This document shows positions 9,934 to 21,008 of a DNA stretch of 64,000 nt, piece after piece. Source of the DNA: an uncultured Chloroflexia bacterium (GTDB taxonomy: Bacteria > Chloroflexota > Limnocylindria > Limnocylindrales > CSP1-4); assembly GCA_963833225.1 (NCBI GenBank), contig CAWHXD010000008.1:192001-256000 (forward strand). The letters run 5' to 3'. Numbering within the stretch: position 1 is the stretch's first letter; every line of letters begins with the position of its first letter. Under the pieces are notes generated by a model that was not told the DNA's origin, searched no databases, and saw only the letters and a program-made list of their open reading frames with translations. Made by a program: the position numbers and the translations under genes.

Positions 9934-10746
9934 CTAGCGGCCAAAGCGGCGGGTGCGGCGGGCGAACTCGAGGAGGGCCTCGTCAAGGATCTCCGGGGTG
10001 AAGTCCGGCCACAGGCAGTCGGCGAAGTAGAGCTCCGCGTACGCGGACTGCCAGATGAGGAAGTTGCTGATCCGCTGCTCGCGGCCCGTTCGGATCATGA
10101 GGTCGGGGTCGGGCAGGCCGCCCGTGTACAGCGCCCCACTGATGGCGCCCTCGTCGATCTCGTCCGGCGCGATCCCCGACGCGGCGAGCCGCCGGAACGC
10201 GTCCACGAGCTCCGTCCGCCCCGCGTAGTTCCAGGCGACGTTCAGCTCCAGGCGCATTCCCTGGGCCGTGCGCGCGAGCGCATGCTCGATGGCGGCGCGG
10301 GTGTCGCCCGGGAGCTCGTCGAGCCGGCCCAGGAGCCGCACCCGGACGCCCTGCGCGGCGAGCTCGTCGGTCTCGCTGGCGATCGCCTTGGCCAGGAGGT
10401 CGAACAGCCCCGCGACCTCGTCGTCCGAGCGCGCCCAGTTCTCGCGGCTGAACGCGTAGATCGTGAGCATCGGGATGCCCCGGCGGACCGCGTGCTGGAG
10501 CAGGCTTCGCACCGCCTCGACCCCGGCGGCATGACCCTCGAAGTCCGGGACGCCCCGGGCTCGCGCCCAGCGCCGGTTGCCATCCATGATGATGGCCACG
10601 TGCCGGGGCAGCTCCTCCGGAGGCAGCAACGGCGCGTCGGCGGCAGGCGCCGTGACCTCCGGCGCGTCGCGCTCACCCTCGGGATCGTGGGCGAGCGGAG
10701 GGGCGTCGGTGGGTCGCGCCAGCGAACCGTCGGGCGCCTGCGCCAC
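9934..10746 (-). CDS. uppS: polyprenyl (undecaprenyl) diphosphate synthase
   Basis: HVAIIMDGNRRWA, YAFSRENWAR, PDPDLMIRT, RISNFLIWQSAYAEL. Confidence 0.96.
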   Translation of the reverse strand: MAQAPDGSLARPTDAPPLAHDPEGERDAPEVTAPAADAPLLPPEELPRHVAIIMDGNRRWARARGVPDFEGHAAGVEAVRSLLQHAVRRGIPMLTIYAFSRENWARSDDEVAGLFDLLAKAIASETDELAAQGVRVRLLGRLDELPGDTRAAIEHALARTAQGMRLELNVAWNYAGRTELVDAFRRLAASGIAPDEIDEGAISGALYTGGLPDPDLMIRTGREQRISNFLIWQSAYAELYFADCLWPDFTPEILDEALLEFARRTRRFGR

Positions 10747-11303
10747 TAGACCTCCATGACCTCCTGTTCCTTCACGTCACCCAGGCGATCGACGTCGGCC
10801 ACGGCCCGGTCCGTCAGCTTCTGGAGCGCGTCCAGCTGGCGGTGAACCTCGTCGGCTCCGAGAACCCCGTCGCGCTCCTCCTTCTTGAGGGCGTCGTTCG
10901 CCTCGCGCCGGAGATGACGGATCTCGACCCGGGCCTCCTCCATGCGCTTGTGGACGGTCTTGACGATGTCCCTGCGCCGCTCCTCGGTGAGCGGCGGGAT
11001 GTTGAGCCGGACAACCGTGCCGTCGACGTTGGGCATGATGCCGATGTCCGACTTCATGATCGCCTTCTCGATGCTCCCCAGGACACCCCGGTCCCAGGGC
11101 TGGATGACGATCTGGTGCGGCTCGGGCACGCTGATCGAGGCCAGCTGGTTGAGCGGCGTGGGTGACCCGTAGTAGTCGACATGGAGGCGCTCCACCAGGG
11201 CGGTGGAGGCGCGTCCGGTCCGCAGGCCGTGGAAGTCGCGCTCCATGGCCTCGGCCGCGCGGAGCATCTTGCGCTCCGCCTCGGCAAGGATCTCGCTGGT
11301 CAT
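10746..11303 (-). CDS. frr: ribosome recycling factor
   Basis: [30 protein letters not shown]. Confidence 0.97.
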   Translation of the reverse strand: MTSEILAEAERKMLRAAEAMERDFHGLRTGRASTALVERLHVDYYGSPTPLNQLASISVPEPHQIVIQPWDRGVLGSIEKAIMKSDIGIMPNVDGTVVRLNIPPLTEERRRDIVKTVHKRMEEARVEIRHLRREANDALKKEERDGVLGADEVHRQLDALQKLTDRAVADVDRLGDVKEQEVMEV

Positions 11304-12094
11304 CTGGTGGTTCCTCCGTTGCGCGCGGAGATCAGCGTACCCACTCGATCGCCACGGGCAACCCGCGTGATGTTGTCGGGTGCGTTGAGATCGAACACCA
11401 CGATCGGCAGGTCATTCTCCATGCACAGGGAGACGGCCGCTGCGTCGAGGACCTTCAGCTGGTCCTTGAGCAGGTCGTGGTAGCTGAGCGTCTCGTACCG
11501 GCTGGCCGTGGGGTCCTGCATCGGATCCGCATCGTAGACCCCGTCGACCTTGGTGGCCTTGAGCAGCACTTCGGCGTCGATCTCCACGGCGCGCAGCGCG
11601 GCTGCCGTGTCGGTCGTGAAGTACGGGTTGCCGGTTCCGGCCACGAAGATCGTGACCCTCCCCTTCTCGAGGTGGCGCACCGCGCGTCGCCGAATGTAGG
11701 GCTCCGCGATCTCGTTCATCGCGATCGCCGACATCACGCGCGAGGGGACGCCCACACGCTCGATGGCATCCTGGAGGGCGAGGCCGTTCATCACCGTCGC
11801 CAGCATCCCGATGTAGTCGCCGGTGGCGCGGTCCATGCCGCGGGCCGACGCTGCGAGGCCCCGGAAGATGTTGCCGCCGCCGACCACGATGCCGACCTGG
11901 ACGCCCATGGCGTGGACCGCGGCGATCTGCTCGGCGACGAACACGCAGAAGGCCGGGTCGACGCCGTACTGGCGTTCGCCGAGCAGCGCCTCACCGGACA
12001 GCTTGAGCAGGATCCGGCGGTAGCGGAGCGAGCCCGGCGCGGGGGCCGTCACTGGCCCCTCACGCGGCTCGGGCTCCCGGCCCGCGTCCGTCAC
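11300..12094 (-). CDS. pyrH: UMP kinase
   Basis: [38 protein letters not shown]; GTG at 12094 overlaps the tsf stop (start approximate). Confidence 0.96.
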   Translation of the reverse strand: MTDAGREPEPREGPVTAPAPGSLRYRRILLKLSGEALLGERQYGVDPAFCVFVAEQIAAVHAMGVQVGIVVGGGNIFRGLAASARGMDRATGDYIGMLATVMNGLALQDAIERVGVPSRVMSAIAMNEIAEPYIRRRAVRHLEKGRVTIFVAGTGNPYFTTDTAAALRAVEIDAEVLLKATKVDGVYDADPMQDPTASRYETLSYHDLLKDQLKVLDAAAVSLCMENDLPIVVFDLNAPDNITRVARGDRVGTLISARNGGTTR

Positions 12095-12687
12095 ATCTCC
12101 TCCCCGAGAGCGAAGCGCACGAAGCGGCGGACACGGATGTTCTCGCCGATCGTCGCGATCTTCTCCGTCACCAGGTCGCGGACCGTGCGGTCCTCGTCGC
12201 GGAACGGCTGCTCGAGGAGACAGACCTCCTTCTGCCACTTCGCGAACTGGCCGTCCACGATCTTCTCCCGGATGGCCTCCGGCTTGGCCTGCACGGCCTC
12301 GTCGGCCAGCAGCGCGGCCTTTCGCGCCACCTTCACGTCCTCCGGAATGCTATCCGGATCCACGTAGAGCGGGGCCAGGCCGGCGACCTGCATCGCCAGG
12401 TCCCGGACAAGCTTCTGGAACTCGTCCGTGCGAGCGACGAAGTCCGTCTCGCAGTTGACCTCGATCAGGACCCCGACCCGTCCGCCGGTGTGGATGTAGC
12501 TGGAGACGAGGCCCTCGCGGGCGTCGCGGCCGGCCTTCTTCGCGGCGGCCGCGAGGCCCCTCTCGCGAAGTTGCGCGACGGCCTTCTCCATGTCGCCGCC
12601 AGTCTCCTCCAGGGCGCGCTTGCAGTCCATCATGCCGGCGCCGGTACGCTCTCGCAGCTCCTTGACGGCCGCGGCAGTGATCGCCAT
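12091..12687 (-). CDS. tsf: elongation factor Ts (short, about 198 aa type)
   Basis: [42 protein letters not shown]. Confidence 0.97.
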   Translation of the reverse strand: MAITAAAVKELRERTGAGMMDCKRALEETGGDMEKAVAQLRERGLAAAAKKAGRDAREGLVSSYIHTGGRVGVLIEVNCETDFVARTDEFQKLVRDLAMQVAGLAPLYVDPDSIPEDVKVARKAALLADEAVQAKPEAIREKIVDGQFAKWQKEVCLLEQPFRDEDRTVRDLVTEKIATIGENIRVRRFVRFALGEEM

Positions 12688-12823
12688 GTCTCGTTGTGCT
12701 CCTCGTGTCGTGGTGAGCGCGCGGCGGGGCCGCGCTGGGATGGATCGTGATGTTGCCGGGCCTCCGCCGAGTGGTCCCGACTCCGGCCGGGGCGGGTGGC
12801 TGGCCACCCCTCCCCCGTCAGGG

Positions 12824-13990
12824 TCAGCCCGCGGCCGGCGTTGCGGGATCGCCGGCGGGCGCTGCGGGCTCGGTGGACTCGGCGGCCGGCGCTGCGGGTT
12901 CGGCGGACGGGGCCGCAGGCTCAGGGGCGGGGGTCGCCTTCGCGGCAGCGGGGGCGGCCTTCGCTGCGGCAGGGGCTGCCTTGGCAGCGACGGGTGCCGC
13001 CTTCGCGGCAACCGGGGCCGCCTTCGCGGCGGCTGGGGCTGCCTTCGCAGCGGCTTGGGCTGCAGCTTCAGCGGCCGGCGCCACTGTCCCGGACGCCGCG
13101 GCATCGGCGGTTGCATCCGGCACGCGGCCGTCGCCCTTGGGGGCGCCCGGCAGCAGGTCGCCGTCGTCGAGGTCGGGGTCGAACGACAGGGTGCCGCCGG
13201 CGGCGAGCTGGGCAACGAGATCCGCGGCCGCGGCCTCGTCGAACTCGGGCTCATCGACCGAAGCCGGGAGCTCCTGCACCTCGGCCTCCGACGAGGCCCG
13301 TGCCGCGCGCTCGCGGGCGCCTTCGATCGCCGCGTCGGCGACCAGCTGGCACAGCAGCCGGATCGAGCGGATCGCGTCGTCGTTGGCGGGGATGATGTAG
13401 TCGAGCTCGTCCGGATCGACGTTGGTGTCGCCGGTGCCCACGACCGGGATCTCGAGCTTGTTCGCCTCGGTGACGGCGATCCGCTCGCGGTGCGGATCGA
13501 CGATGAAGATGACGCCGGGCGGGCGCTTCATCTTGCGGATGCCACCGAGCATCGCCTGGAGCTTGTTGAGCGTCTCGGTCAGCTGCGCGGCTTCCTTCTT
13601 CGGGAGCCGGTCGAAGTCGCCCGCCAGCTGTCGGGCTTCGAGCTGGTCCATCAGCCCGATTCGCTTCTTGATGGTCACGAAGTTGGTGAGCATGCCGCCG
13701 AGCCAGCGCTTGGTGACGTACGGCTGGCCGGCGCGGATGGCCTCCTGCATCACCGGTTCCTGGGCCTGCTTCTTGGTCCCCACGAACAGCACGGAATCGC
13801 CACGGGCGACGGTCTCGGTGACATACGTGAGCGCGGTGTCGAGACGCTTGACCGTCTGCGCCAGGTCAATGATGTGGATGCCGTTGCGCTCCGCGAAGAT
13901 GAATGGCTTCATCTTGGGGTTCCAGCGGCGAGTCTGGTGTCCGAAGTGGACACCTGCCTCCAGCAGCTGGCGCATCGAGATGGTGGGCAC
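12824..13990 (-). CDS. rpsB: 30S ribosomal protein S2 with long acidic/Ala-rich tail
   Basis: [40 protein letters not shown]; GTG at 13990 with SD GGAGG. Confidence 0.97.
   Translation of the reverse strand: MPTISMRQLLEAGVHFGHQTRRWNPKMKPFIFAERNGIHIIDLAQTVKRLDTALTYVTETVARGDSVLFVGTKKQAQEPVMQEAIRAGQPYVTKRWLGGMLTNFVTIKKRIGLMDQLEARQLAGDFDRLPKKEAAQLTETLNKLQAMLGGIRKMKRPPGVIFIVDPHRERIAVTEANKLEIPVVGTGDTNVDPDELDYIIPANDDAIRSIRLLCQLVADAAIEGARERAARASSEAEVQELPASVDEPEFDEAAAADLVAQLAAGGTLSFDPDLDDGDLLPGAPKGDGRVPDATADAAASGTVAPAAEAAAQAAAKAAPAAAKAAPVAAKAAPVAAKAAPAAAKAAPAAAKATPAPEPAAPSAEPAAPAAESTEPAAPAGDPATPAAG
12926..13051. repeat. six 21-bp coding repeats (AAKAAPA/V) in the rpsB tail
   Basis: Protein [42 protein letters not shown]; units differ mainly at synonymous positions. 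Confidence 0.9.
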
Positions 13991-14004
13991 GGGGTTGCCT
14001 CCTG

Positions 14005-14101
14005 CGGTTTGACCTCCGCGGAACCCCGTCGGGGGCCTCGTGCCGGCGCATCGGCCGGTCGTCAGGCACCGTCCCGTTCGGGTGACGATTCCGCGTGTGG
14101 G
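14005..14101 (-). ncRNA. t44 / rpsB leader (S2 autoregulatory RNA)
   Basis: Minus strand CACACGCGGAA...GGTGCC...TTCCGCGGAGGTCAAACC: closing stem CGCGGAA/TTCCGCG plus the ACACG, GGUGCC and GGAGG landmarks of t44, directly upstream of rpsB. Confidence 0.7.
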
Positions 14102-14169
14102 CTCCGTACCGGCGATCTGCCGGGGCGGGCTTGCCATGAGCGTGCCGCGGCCGTGCCGCGGCGGCCGGG

Positions 14170-14178
14170 AGTGTAGCA
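14170..14178 (-). promoter_or_regulatory. extended -10 promoter (TGcTACACT) for rpsB-tsf
   Basis: TGnTAnnnT motif upstream of the t44-like leader. Confidence 0.6.
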
Positions 14179-14246
14179 CAAGGCCCCGGGCCGGCCCGAG
14201 GGTCGGCCATCGGCCGCCGGGCCCCGGCAGCGGCACCGTCCATCGC

Positions 14247-14657
14247 TCAAGGGCGGATCCCGCGATGATGCCGGATCGATGGCCGGCCGTCCGGTCCGGC
14301 GTCGATCGCCACCAGGTCCACGCGGAGCTCGAGGGCCGGCAGCCTGCGACCATCTGGCAGGAGCCCGCCTTCGCGCAGGTGGCCGATCGCACGCCGCAGG
14401 GCCGCCCGCTTGCGGTGGTCCAGCGTCTCCTCCGCCAGCCCGAAGTCCCGGCGGCCGCGCCAGCGCACCTCGACGACGACCAGCGCGGCGGGCGGCCCGG
14501 GGTCGATGGCGACCACGTCGAGCTCATCGCGTCCGAGCCGCATGTTTCGAGCCAGGATCGTCCAGCCCTCGCGCTCGAGGCATGCGACCGCGAGATCCTC
14601 GCCGGCGTCCCCGGTCCGCTGCGCTGCCGTGGTCGTCCGCCGTTGCATCTCCGCCAC
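14247..14657 (-). CDS. yraN: YraN (UPF0102) family endonuclease-like protein
   Basis: GDAGEDLA...GWTILARN...ELDVVA...LVVVEVR...RVDLVAI; next to rnhB as usual. Confidence 0.88.
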   Translation of the reverse strand: MAEMQRRTTTAAQRTGDAGEDLAVACLEREGWTILARNMRLGRDELDVVAIDPGPPAALVVVEVRWRGRRDFGLAEETLDHRKRAALRRAIGHLREGGLLPDGRRLPALELRVDLVAIDAGPDGRPSIRHHRGIRP

Positions 14658-14714
14658 AGCATCGTGGCACCCACTTATCGGCGGCTTACGTCCGTCGGCA
14701 GGGACGAATGGCGA

Positions 14715-15437
14715 TCAGGTCGTGGCCGCCAGCGCCTCCAGCACGAGCGTGTCGGCATCCGCGGGCTCAAGATCCAGGACGGGCACGCCATCGAACAACC
14801 CGAGCTGGTCGCCCGCGGTGAGCACTCGGAGCGCCTGCCACGACGCCCGGTGGTGCGGGGTGAGCCCGTGTGCGCGGATGGCGTCCCGGTGCTCGCGGGT
14901 CGCGTACCCCTGGTTTCGCTCCCAGCCGTACTCCGGGTAGCGAACGGCGAGCTTGGCCATCATCCGGTCACGGACGGTCTTGGCCACGACCGACGCGCAG
15001 GCGATCGAGTAGGCAAGGGCGTCACCGTCGACGATCGCGGTGTACGGCCCGACAAACCCCTCGAACTCGGCGATCCGCAGCCCGTCCACGAGCACGTGAT
15101 CGTGCCCGCCGAGACGGGCGATCGCCCGCCGCATCGCGAGATGGGTCGCGTGGTAGATGTTGAGCCGGTCGATGTCGGCGACCGACGCCGCGCCGACACC
15201 CACCGCGATGGCGCGGCGGCGGATCACGGGGGCAAGCCGCTCACGCTGCCCGGCGGACAGCGTCTTGGAGTCGCGGACGCCCGGGATCCGGTGGCAGTTG
15301 GGCGGCATGATGACGGCGGCGGCGACGACGGCCCCCGATGTCGGCGCGACACCCACCTCGTCCACCCCGGCGATCCGGGTCGCACCGGCGCGCCACAGGG
15401 GCCGTTCAAAGCGGAGGGTGGGGACGATCACGGCCAT
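14715..15437 (-). CDS. rnhB: ribonuclease HII
   Basis: IAGVDEVG, VRDSKTLS, IDRLNIYHAT, VLVDG, GDALAYSIACASVVAK, GYATREH. Confidence 0.95.
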   Translation of the reverse strand: MAVIVPTLRFERPLWRAGATRIAGVDEVGVAPTSGAVVAAAVIMPPNCHRIPGVRDSKTLSAGQRERLAPVIRRRAIAVGVGAASVADIDRLNIYHATHLAMRRAIARLGGHDHVLVDGLRIAEFEGFVGPYTAIVDGDALAYSIACASVVAKTVRDRMMAKLAVRYPEYGWERNQGYATREHRDAIRAHGLTPHHRASWQALRVLTAGDQLGLFDGVPVLDLEPADADTLVLEALAATT

Positions 15438-15477
15438 CGTGAACGATCGTACCGCGCGCCATGGCAGACTCGTGGGC

Positions 15478-16308
15478 ATGACCCGTCCGTTCGCCCAGGT
15501 CGACGTCTTCACCACCGGTCCCGGGACCGGCAACCCGCTTGCCGTCGTGCTGGACGGCAGCGGGCTCTCGACAGGCGACATGCGGCGCTTCGCGCGGTGG
15601 ACGAACCTGTCCGAGACGGCGTTCGTGCTGCCACCGGACGATCCCGCCGCGGACTACCGGGTCCGGATCTTCACGCCCGACGAGGAGCTGCCGTTCGCCG
15701 GCCACCCGACCCTGGGGACGTGTCACGCGTTCCTGGAGGCCGGCGGCCAGGCCCGAGATCCCACGAGGGTGGTCCAGCAGTGCGGCGCCGGCCGCGTCAC
15801 GATCCGGCGGGACGCGGACGCGCTCGCGTTCGCCGCTCCTCCCCTCCTCCGCTCAGGGCCAGTGGACGAGGCTGACCTCGCGGCGATCGCGGCGTCCATC
15901 GGGATCGAGCGATCGGCCGTCGCGGATGCCCAGTGGGGCGACAACGGTCCAGGCTGGGTGATCGTGCTGCTCGAGAGCGCCGAGGCCGTGCTCGCGGTGC
16001 GGCCCGGCGCCGTGGCCGTGGACCTCGGAATCGTGGGCCTCTACCCGCCCGGGTCGCCGGCGGCCCTGGAGGTCCGGGCGCTCTACCCGCAGAACGGGCT
16101 CGTGGTGGAGGATCCGGTCACGGGCTCGCTCAACGCCTCGGCCGCGAGCTGGCTCATCGAATCCGGCTGGCTGGCCGCGCCGTACGTCGCGACGCAGGGC
16201 GGGGCGATCGGGCGGGCTGGGCGTGTCTCGATCACGCAGGACGCCGACGGGACGATCTGGACCGGTGGCCGGAGCGTGACGGTGGTCGCGGGCACGGTCG
16301 ACATCTGA
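15478..16308 (+). CDS. PhzF family phenazine biosynthesis-like epimerase/isomerase
   Basis: QVDVFT, GNPLAVV, NLSETAF, RIFTPDEELPFAGHPTLG, EDPVTGS. Confidence 0.93.
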   Translation: MTRPFAQVDVFTTGPGTGNPLAVVLDGSGLSTGDMRRFARWTNLSETAFVLPPDDPAADYRVRIFTPDEELPFAGHPTLGTCHAFLEAGGQARDPTRVVQQCGAGRVTIRRDADALAFAAPPLLRSGPVDEADLAAIAASIGIERSAVADAQWGDNGPGWVIVLLESAEAVLAVRPGAVAVDLGIVGLYPPGSPAALEVRALYPQNGLVVEDPVTGSLNASAASWLIESGWLAAPYVATQGGAIGRAGRVSITQDADGTIWTGGRSVTVVAGTVDI

Positions 16309-16345
16309 GCGGTCCACCCCGGGCGGTTCGGTCCCGGACATGGAG

Positions 16346-16370
16346 CGACCCCCGCGCCAGGCGGGGGTCG
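16346..16370. terminator. GC-rich hairpin between convergent phzF and rplS
   Basis: CGACCCCCGC-GCCAG-GCGGGGGTCG, a perfect 10-bp stem. Confidence 0.55.
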
Positions 16371-16410
16371 GTTGCGGTTCGCGTTGTTGGGCGTGCGCCC
16401 CGCGACGAGG

Positions 16411-16755
16411 CTAGCGGCGCTCGCGGAGCGTGGTCGCGGCCTTGCCCACCCGGTTGCGCAGGAAGTACAGCTTGGCGCGCCGGACCTGTCCGTGGCGGAC
16501 GACGTCGATCTTCTCGATGCGCGGGCTGTGCAGCTTGAACGTGCGCTCGACGCCGACACCCGACGCGATCCGGCGGACCGTGATGGTCGAGGCGATGCCC
16601 GCGTTGCGCATCCGCATCACGAGGCCCTCGAAGACCTGGATGCGCTCGCGCGTGCCCTCGACGACCTTGGCCGCCACCTTGACGGTGTCCCCGGGGGTGA
16701 TCACCGGCAGGTCGGTGCGCAGCTGGTCCTGGACGATCTCGTTGAGCACGTTCAC
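16411..16755 (-). CDS. rplS: 50S ribosomal protein L19
   Basis: PGDTVKV...[12 protein letters not shown]...[15 protein letters not shown]...[10 protein letters not shown]. Confidence 0.98.
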   Translation of the reverse strand: MNVLNEIVQDQLRTDLPVITPGDTVKVAAKVVEGTRERIQVFEGLVMRMRNAGIASTITVRRIASGVGVERTFKLHSPRIEKIDVVRHGQVRRAKLYFLRNRVGKAATTLRERR

Positions 16756-16849
16756 GGGTGATGGATCCTTCGTCTCGGTCGGCGGCAGCCAGGGCTGCGG
16801 AAGTCACGGGTTCCGGGCGGCGAGCCAGGAGCGGCACGGCCGACGGCGG

Positions 16850-16858
16850 AGGATAGCA
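16850..16858 (-). promoter_or_regulatory. extended -10 promoter (TGcTATCCT) for rplS
   Basis: TGnTAnnnT about 95 nt upstream of rplS; identical 9-mer upstream of rpsF. Confidence 0.55.
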
Positions 16859-16995
16859 TGCCCGTTCCGGCGAGGCGAGTCCGCGCGGGGTGGCCCCCGC
16901 GCCCCGGGAACCCCGCCACGCAGGTTTCGTCCTCCCGTGCGGGACCCGGATCGACGGCCCCGGCGTCGCCAGCTCGCGATTCGCCGCAAGGCGCG

Positions 16996-17751
16996 CTATT
17001 CGCGCTCGTCGACCTCGTCAACCTCTGCCCCCTCGGCGCGAATCTCGGCCACGAGCTTCGTCTCCTCCTTCGTCTGTGGGCGACGCTCCATCAGGTCCGG
17101 CCGGCGATCCAGCGTCCGGCGCAGGGACTCGCGCAGGCGCCATCGGCGGACCTGCTCGTGATGGCCCGATACGAGCACCGGCGGCACGGAGACGCCGTCG
17201 AACGTCGCCGGGCGCGTGTATTGCGGGTACTCCAGCAGCCCAGCCGCGAAGGATTCCTCGGTCGTGGACGCCTCGTCGATGGCCCCCGGCAACAGCCGGA
17301 GAACCGCGTCCAGGACCACGAGGGCCGCGAGCTCGCCACCCGTGAGCACGTAGTCGCCGATCGAGATCTCCAGGTCGACCATCGAGCGAACTCGCTCGTC
17401 GACACCCTCGTAGCGCGGGCAGACGAACACGAGATGGGGTCGCTCGGCCAGCTCGTGGGCGATGGCCTGCCGGAACACGGTGCCGGCCGGATCGAGGAGG
17501 ATCACGGTGGAGTCGGCTCGCCGGACGTCGGCAAGGGCCGCCGCGACGACGTCGGCCCGGAGCACCATCCCCGCTCCCCCGCCGTAGGTGTAGTCGTCAA
17601 CGGTCTGGTGACGCCCCAGGCCCCAGCGACGGAGGTCGTGGACGCGGACCTGGGCGAGGCCCTGCTCCTGGATCCGCGCCGGGATGCTCTCGGCCAGCGG
17701 CCCCTCGACCATCGGCGGGAACAGCGTCAGGACGTCGACCTCGAGCGCCAT
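16996..17751 (-). CDS. trmD: tRNA (guanine-N1)-methyltransferase
   Basis: [49 protein letters not shown]. Confidence 0.97.
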   Translation of the reverse strand: MALEVDVLTLFPPMVEGPLAESIPARIQEQGLAQVRVHDLRRWGLGRHQTVDDYTYGGGAGMVLRADVVAAALADVRRADSTVILLDPAGTVFRQAIAHELAERPHLVFVCPRYEGVDERVRSMVDLEISIGDYVLTGGELAALVVLDAVLRLLPGAIDEASTTEESFAAGLLEYPQYTRPATFDGVSVPPVLVSGHHEQVRRWRLRESLRRTLDRRPDLMERRPQTKEETKLVAEIRAEGAEVDEVDERE

Positions 17752-18446
17752 CAGGCGCCGGGCGTGGGTGGGTCCGCCCTGGGCCGCGGCTTGCGCACGG
17801 GTCCCGTTCCCTTCGGGGGCTGGGCGGGCCCCTTGGGGCCACGTGGCTGCTTCTTCGGTCGCCGGTCCCGCGGCCGGACATAGGCCTCGTCCTCGACGGC
17901 GCGGGCGTCCAGGTCGAGGGCCTCGAGGTTCACGATCATCTCGCCCCGCTCGGGCGCGAGCTCGGTGACGATCCCCCGGACGCCCGGGACGTCCAGCTCG
18001 CCGCGGGGTCCGCGGACCACGAACACCTCGGCGCCCCCGGCGCGGTAGATATCGCTCACGATCCCGAGATCCTCGCCCGTCGATGAGCGGACCGAGAGGC
18101 CGACCAGCTCGTGGAAGAACCAGCGTCCGGGCTCCCGCTCCTCCGCGGGCGCATCGATCTCCAGGTACACGTCCCGGAGCGTCTCGGCCGCCTCGCGCGA
18201 TGGGAGCTCGCGGAACCGCAGCCACCAGCCCGGCCCGTCCGCGACGGGCGAGGCCTCGTCGATGGTGAACGCGGCCGTGGACCCTTCCGGGTACAGCACG
18301 GCGCCCACGGCAAACCGATCCTCGGGACGGTCCGTGAGGAGCTCGACGCGAACGTGGCCGTGCAGCCCGCGGAATCCGCGGACCAGCCCGACGGCGAGCC
18401 GCACCGGTCCGCTGCCGGACGGTGCGGTCTCGGACCCGCCGGACAC
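17751..18446 (-). CDS. rimM: 16S rRNA processing protein RimM
   Basis: LAVGLV...[36 protein letters not shown] barrel; khpA-rimM-trmD context; start approximate. Confidence 0.88.
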   Translation of the reverse strand: MSGGSETAPSGSGPVRLAVGLVRGFRGLHGHVRVELLTDRPEDRFAVGAVLYPEGSTAAFTIDEASPVADGPGWWLRFRELPSREAAETLRDVYLEIDAPAEEREPGRWFFHELVGLSVRSSTGEDLGIVSDIYRAGGAEVFVVRGPRGELDVPGVRGIVTELAPERGEMIVNLEALDLDARAVEDEAYVRPRDRRPKKQPRGPKGPAQPPKGTGPVRKPRPRADPPTPGA

Positions 18447-18492
18447 CGTCGTGGTGTCGTCGGCAGGGCGCCTGGGAGCCAGCGCCGGCTCC

Positions 18493-18726
18493 CTAGACGA
18501 TCTCGAGGCTGACCGGTTCGCCCGTGCGGGCGGACGTCACCTTGAGCAGTGTGCGCAGCGCCTTGGCCACGCTCCCGTTGCGCCCGATGACCTTGCCCAT
18601 GTCGGACTCGGCCACGTGCAGCTCGATGATGGTGCCTTCCTCCCCGGTGACGACTTCGACCGTGACCGAATCGGGGTCGTCCACGAGGGACCTGGCGACG
18701 TACTTGACGAGATCGGCGGCTGCCAT
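18493..18726 (-). CDS. khpA: KH-domain RNA-binding protein KhpA
   Basis: LVKYVARSLVDDPDSV...DMGKVIGRNG. Confidence 0.94.
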   Translation of the reverse strand: MAAADLVKYVARSLVDDPDSVTVEVVTGEEGTIIELHVAESDMGKVIGRNGSVAKALRTLLKVTSARTGEPVSLEIV

Positions 18727-18733
18727 CGCGGGC

Positions 18734-18988
18734 CTACTTGGCGCCCGGCAGGACGCCGGCCTGCTTGAACAGACGGCGGACGGTGTCGGACGGCTGAGCG
18801 CCCTTGGCCATCCACTCCTTGGCCTTGGCCTCGTCCACCACGAGCTCGATCGGCTCGGTGCGGGGGTTGTAGTGCCCGATGGTGTCGATGGCTCGGCCGT
18901 CCCTCGCGGAACGGCTGTCGGCGACGACCAGCCGGTACGTCGGCTGCTTGGTCGCCCCGACACGGGTCAGGCGGATGCGAACGGCCAT
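18734..18988 (-). CDS. rpsP: 30S ribosomal protein S16
   Basis: [29 protein letters not shown]...GHYNP...GAQPSDTV. Confidence 0.98.
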   Translation of the reverse strand: MAVRIRLTRVGATKQPTYRLVVADSRSARDGRAIDTIGHYNPRTEPIELVVDEAKAKEWMAKGAQPSDTVRRLFKQAGVLPGAK

Positions 18989-19078
18989 GTGGTGCGGTGC
19001 TCCTCCGATGGGCGGGTCCTTGGGCGGGACCCGCATGCGTGGCGATTGGGTTGGCTGGACGGTGGTCGATGGACTGGG

Positions 19079-20991
19079 TCAGCCACCGGTCACCCGGATG
19101 ATGACGGTTCCACGGTCGACCTTGTCGCCAGGAATCGCCACGGAGATCATGCTGTCGAGCGCCTCGAGATAGGGCTTGACGTCGGAATCGTAGCGACCGA
19201 GTGCGTCGGAGGGCACGAGGTCCTCGACGGCTCCGCGCACGCCTGTGATGTCGACCCACAGCAGCGAGGCATGCTCCGTGCCGGCCTGGGTCAGGGCCGT
19301 CGAGAAGCGGTCGGTGGTGGCCAGCGAATCGCCGGCCTGGGCATCGAGCACGCCCTTCACGAAGGCCGTGCCGTAGCCGATGACGACGACCTTGTCGGTG
19401 ACCGCATACGCGAGCTTGATGTCGCTGGGAGCCTGGACGGCACCCTCGGACATCGAGTCGACCATGCCGCCCAGTCCCGACAGGTCAATCACGGTGATGG
19501 TCGTGCCCGCGTAGGCCTCGTCGGTGACGGTGACGCCCGACTGGGCGCCGCCGAACTGGACGAACCCCTTGAGCTGGGTCATCAGCCGTTCGGCATCCGT
19601 GGCGTCCTTGGGGGTGACGACCAGACCGCCCGCGATGTCGCTGCCGTCACGGGTGATGGCGACGCCCGCCTCGCCGATCCAGCCGGTGACGGCGTCGAAC
19701 CCGCCGACCATCGCGAGCGCATCGTCGACCTGCTTGACGGCATCGGCCAGGTCCGGCTCGTTGGCGAGCAGCGTCTTGAGCTCGGCCAGCGTGGCGCCGA
19801 CATCGTGGCTCTCGGCGAGGATCACGGTGGTCGGGGGCACGAGACCCGGCAGCGCTGATACACCGCTGGTCTTGGGGCCAAGCGTGTCCACGTGCGGCGA
19901 GCGCGACTCCATGACGAAGGCCCCGTCCTGGGCCCGGATCGTCCCGACGACCCAGGGGGCCGCCCAGTCCTGCATGAAGGCCGGCATCGACGGCATCGCG
20001 TCCCCGGACTGACCGGCGAGCGCCTCGGCGCCCTTGGTGATGGTCTCGAGATCCGCGTAGAAGAACGCGAGGCGGTCGCCGGTGACGGTGGCCGACGCCT
20101 CCTTGAACCGGGCGGTCGTCGCGAGGCCGGACTTGCCGGCCGTGTCCACGACGCTCCGGATCGAGCCGAGGTCGCCGACGGCGAGGACCGGCCCGACGAC
20201 CGCGTAGCCGGCCTCGATGCCAGCCGTGGAGTCACTCGCGCGCCGGCTTGACCGTCGTGATCTCGACGCCGCTGTAGGTCGTGGTTGACAGGGAGGCGCC
20301 GGTTTCGGCCACGATCTGGTCGAGCCAGGCCTTGGCCTTGGTGCCGTCCTTCACGGACAGCAGCACGACGGCGCGGGCGTCCTTGGCGTCGACCTGGGTC
20401 GGCAGCGGGCCGACGCTGACGGCGAGCTGGCCACCGAACCAGGGCTCGATATCCGTCTTCCAGCTCACCTTGCCGTCGCTCGCCTTGTCGGCCAGCTGGT
20501 CGAGGAGCTCGGAGAGCTTGACCGGGAACGCGGCCTGGTCCTCGAAGCCCGGGAAGGCCTTCATGACCTTGGCCAGCTCCGTGGCCTGGTTGCCCGGCAG
20601 GTCGAGGCGCAGCTCCGTGTAGGCCACGCTGTCGGCCGGCGCGTAGGACAGCACCGCCGGGTTGCCGGAGTCGCCGGTCATGAGCAGCGTGGCGCCGGCG
20701 GCGGTTGCCGCGACGAGGAGGGTCACGGCGGCCGCGATCAGCCACCGGGCCTTGCTCCGTCCGGGTCGCGCCGCGGCCCGGGCCGCCCCCACCGGCTCCG
20801 TGGGAATGGCCCCAACGGGTCGCCGGTTCCGTGCCCGCGAAGGGCGTGGACGGTGCCGGCGGCTGGGCCGGCTGGGCCGGCGGCTGGGGCTGGGCCTGCT
20901 GGGCCGGCGGTGCCGCGGGCGGCTGGGCCGGCGGCCCATCCGGTGGTGCCGCGGGCGGCTGATAGGCCTGGGTCGGGTCCTGGTCGGTCAT
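19079..20991 (-). CDS. membrane-anchored extracytoplasmic protein, DUF3352-like (two apparent frameshifts near 20818 and 20240)
   Basis: Pro/Gln-rich N-terminus, then a TM helix (WLIAAAVTLLVAATAAGATLL), then ...WKTDIEPWFGGQLAV...TYSGVEI... and a second similar half; three consecutive frames join without stops. Family name is from memory of similar proteins. Confidence 0.6.
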
Positions 20992-21008
20992 GGCTTGGGT
21001 CCACCCAT

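Noticed and set aside
15478-16308. Phenazine biosynthesis cluster
   Set aside because: A lone PhzF-family gene; no phzA/B/D/E/G nearby.
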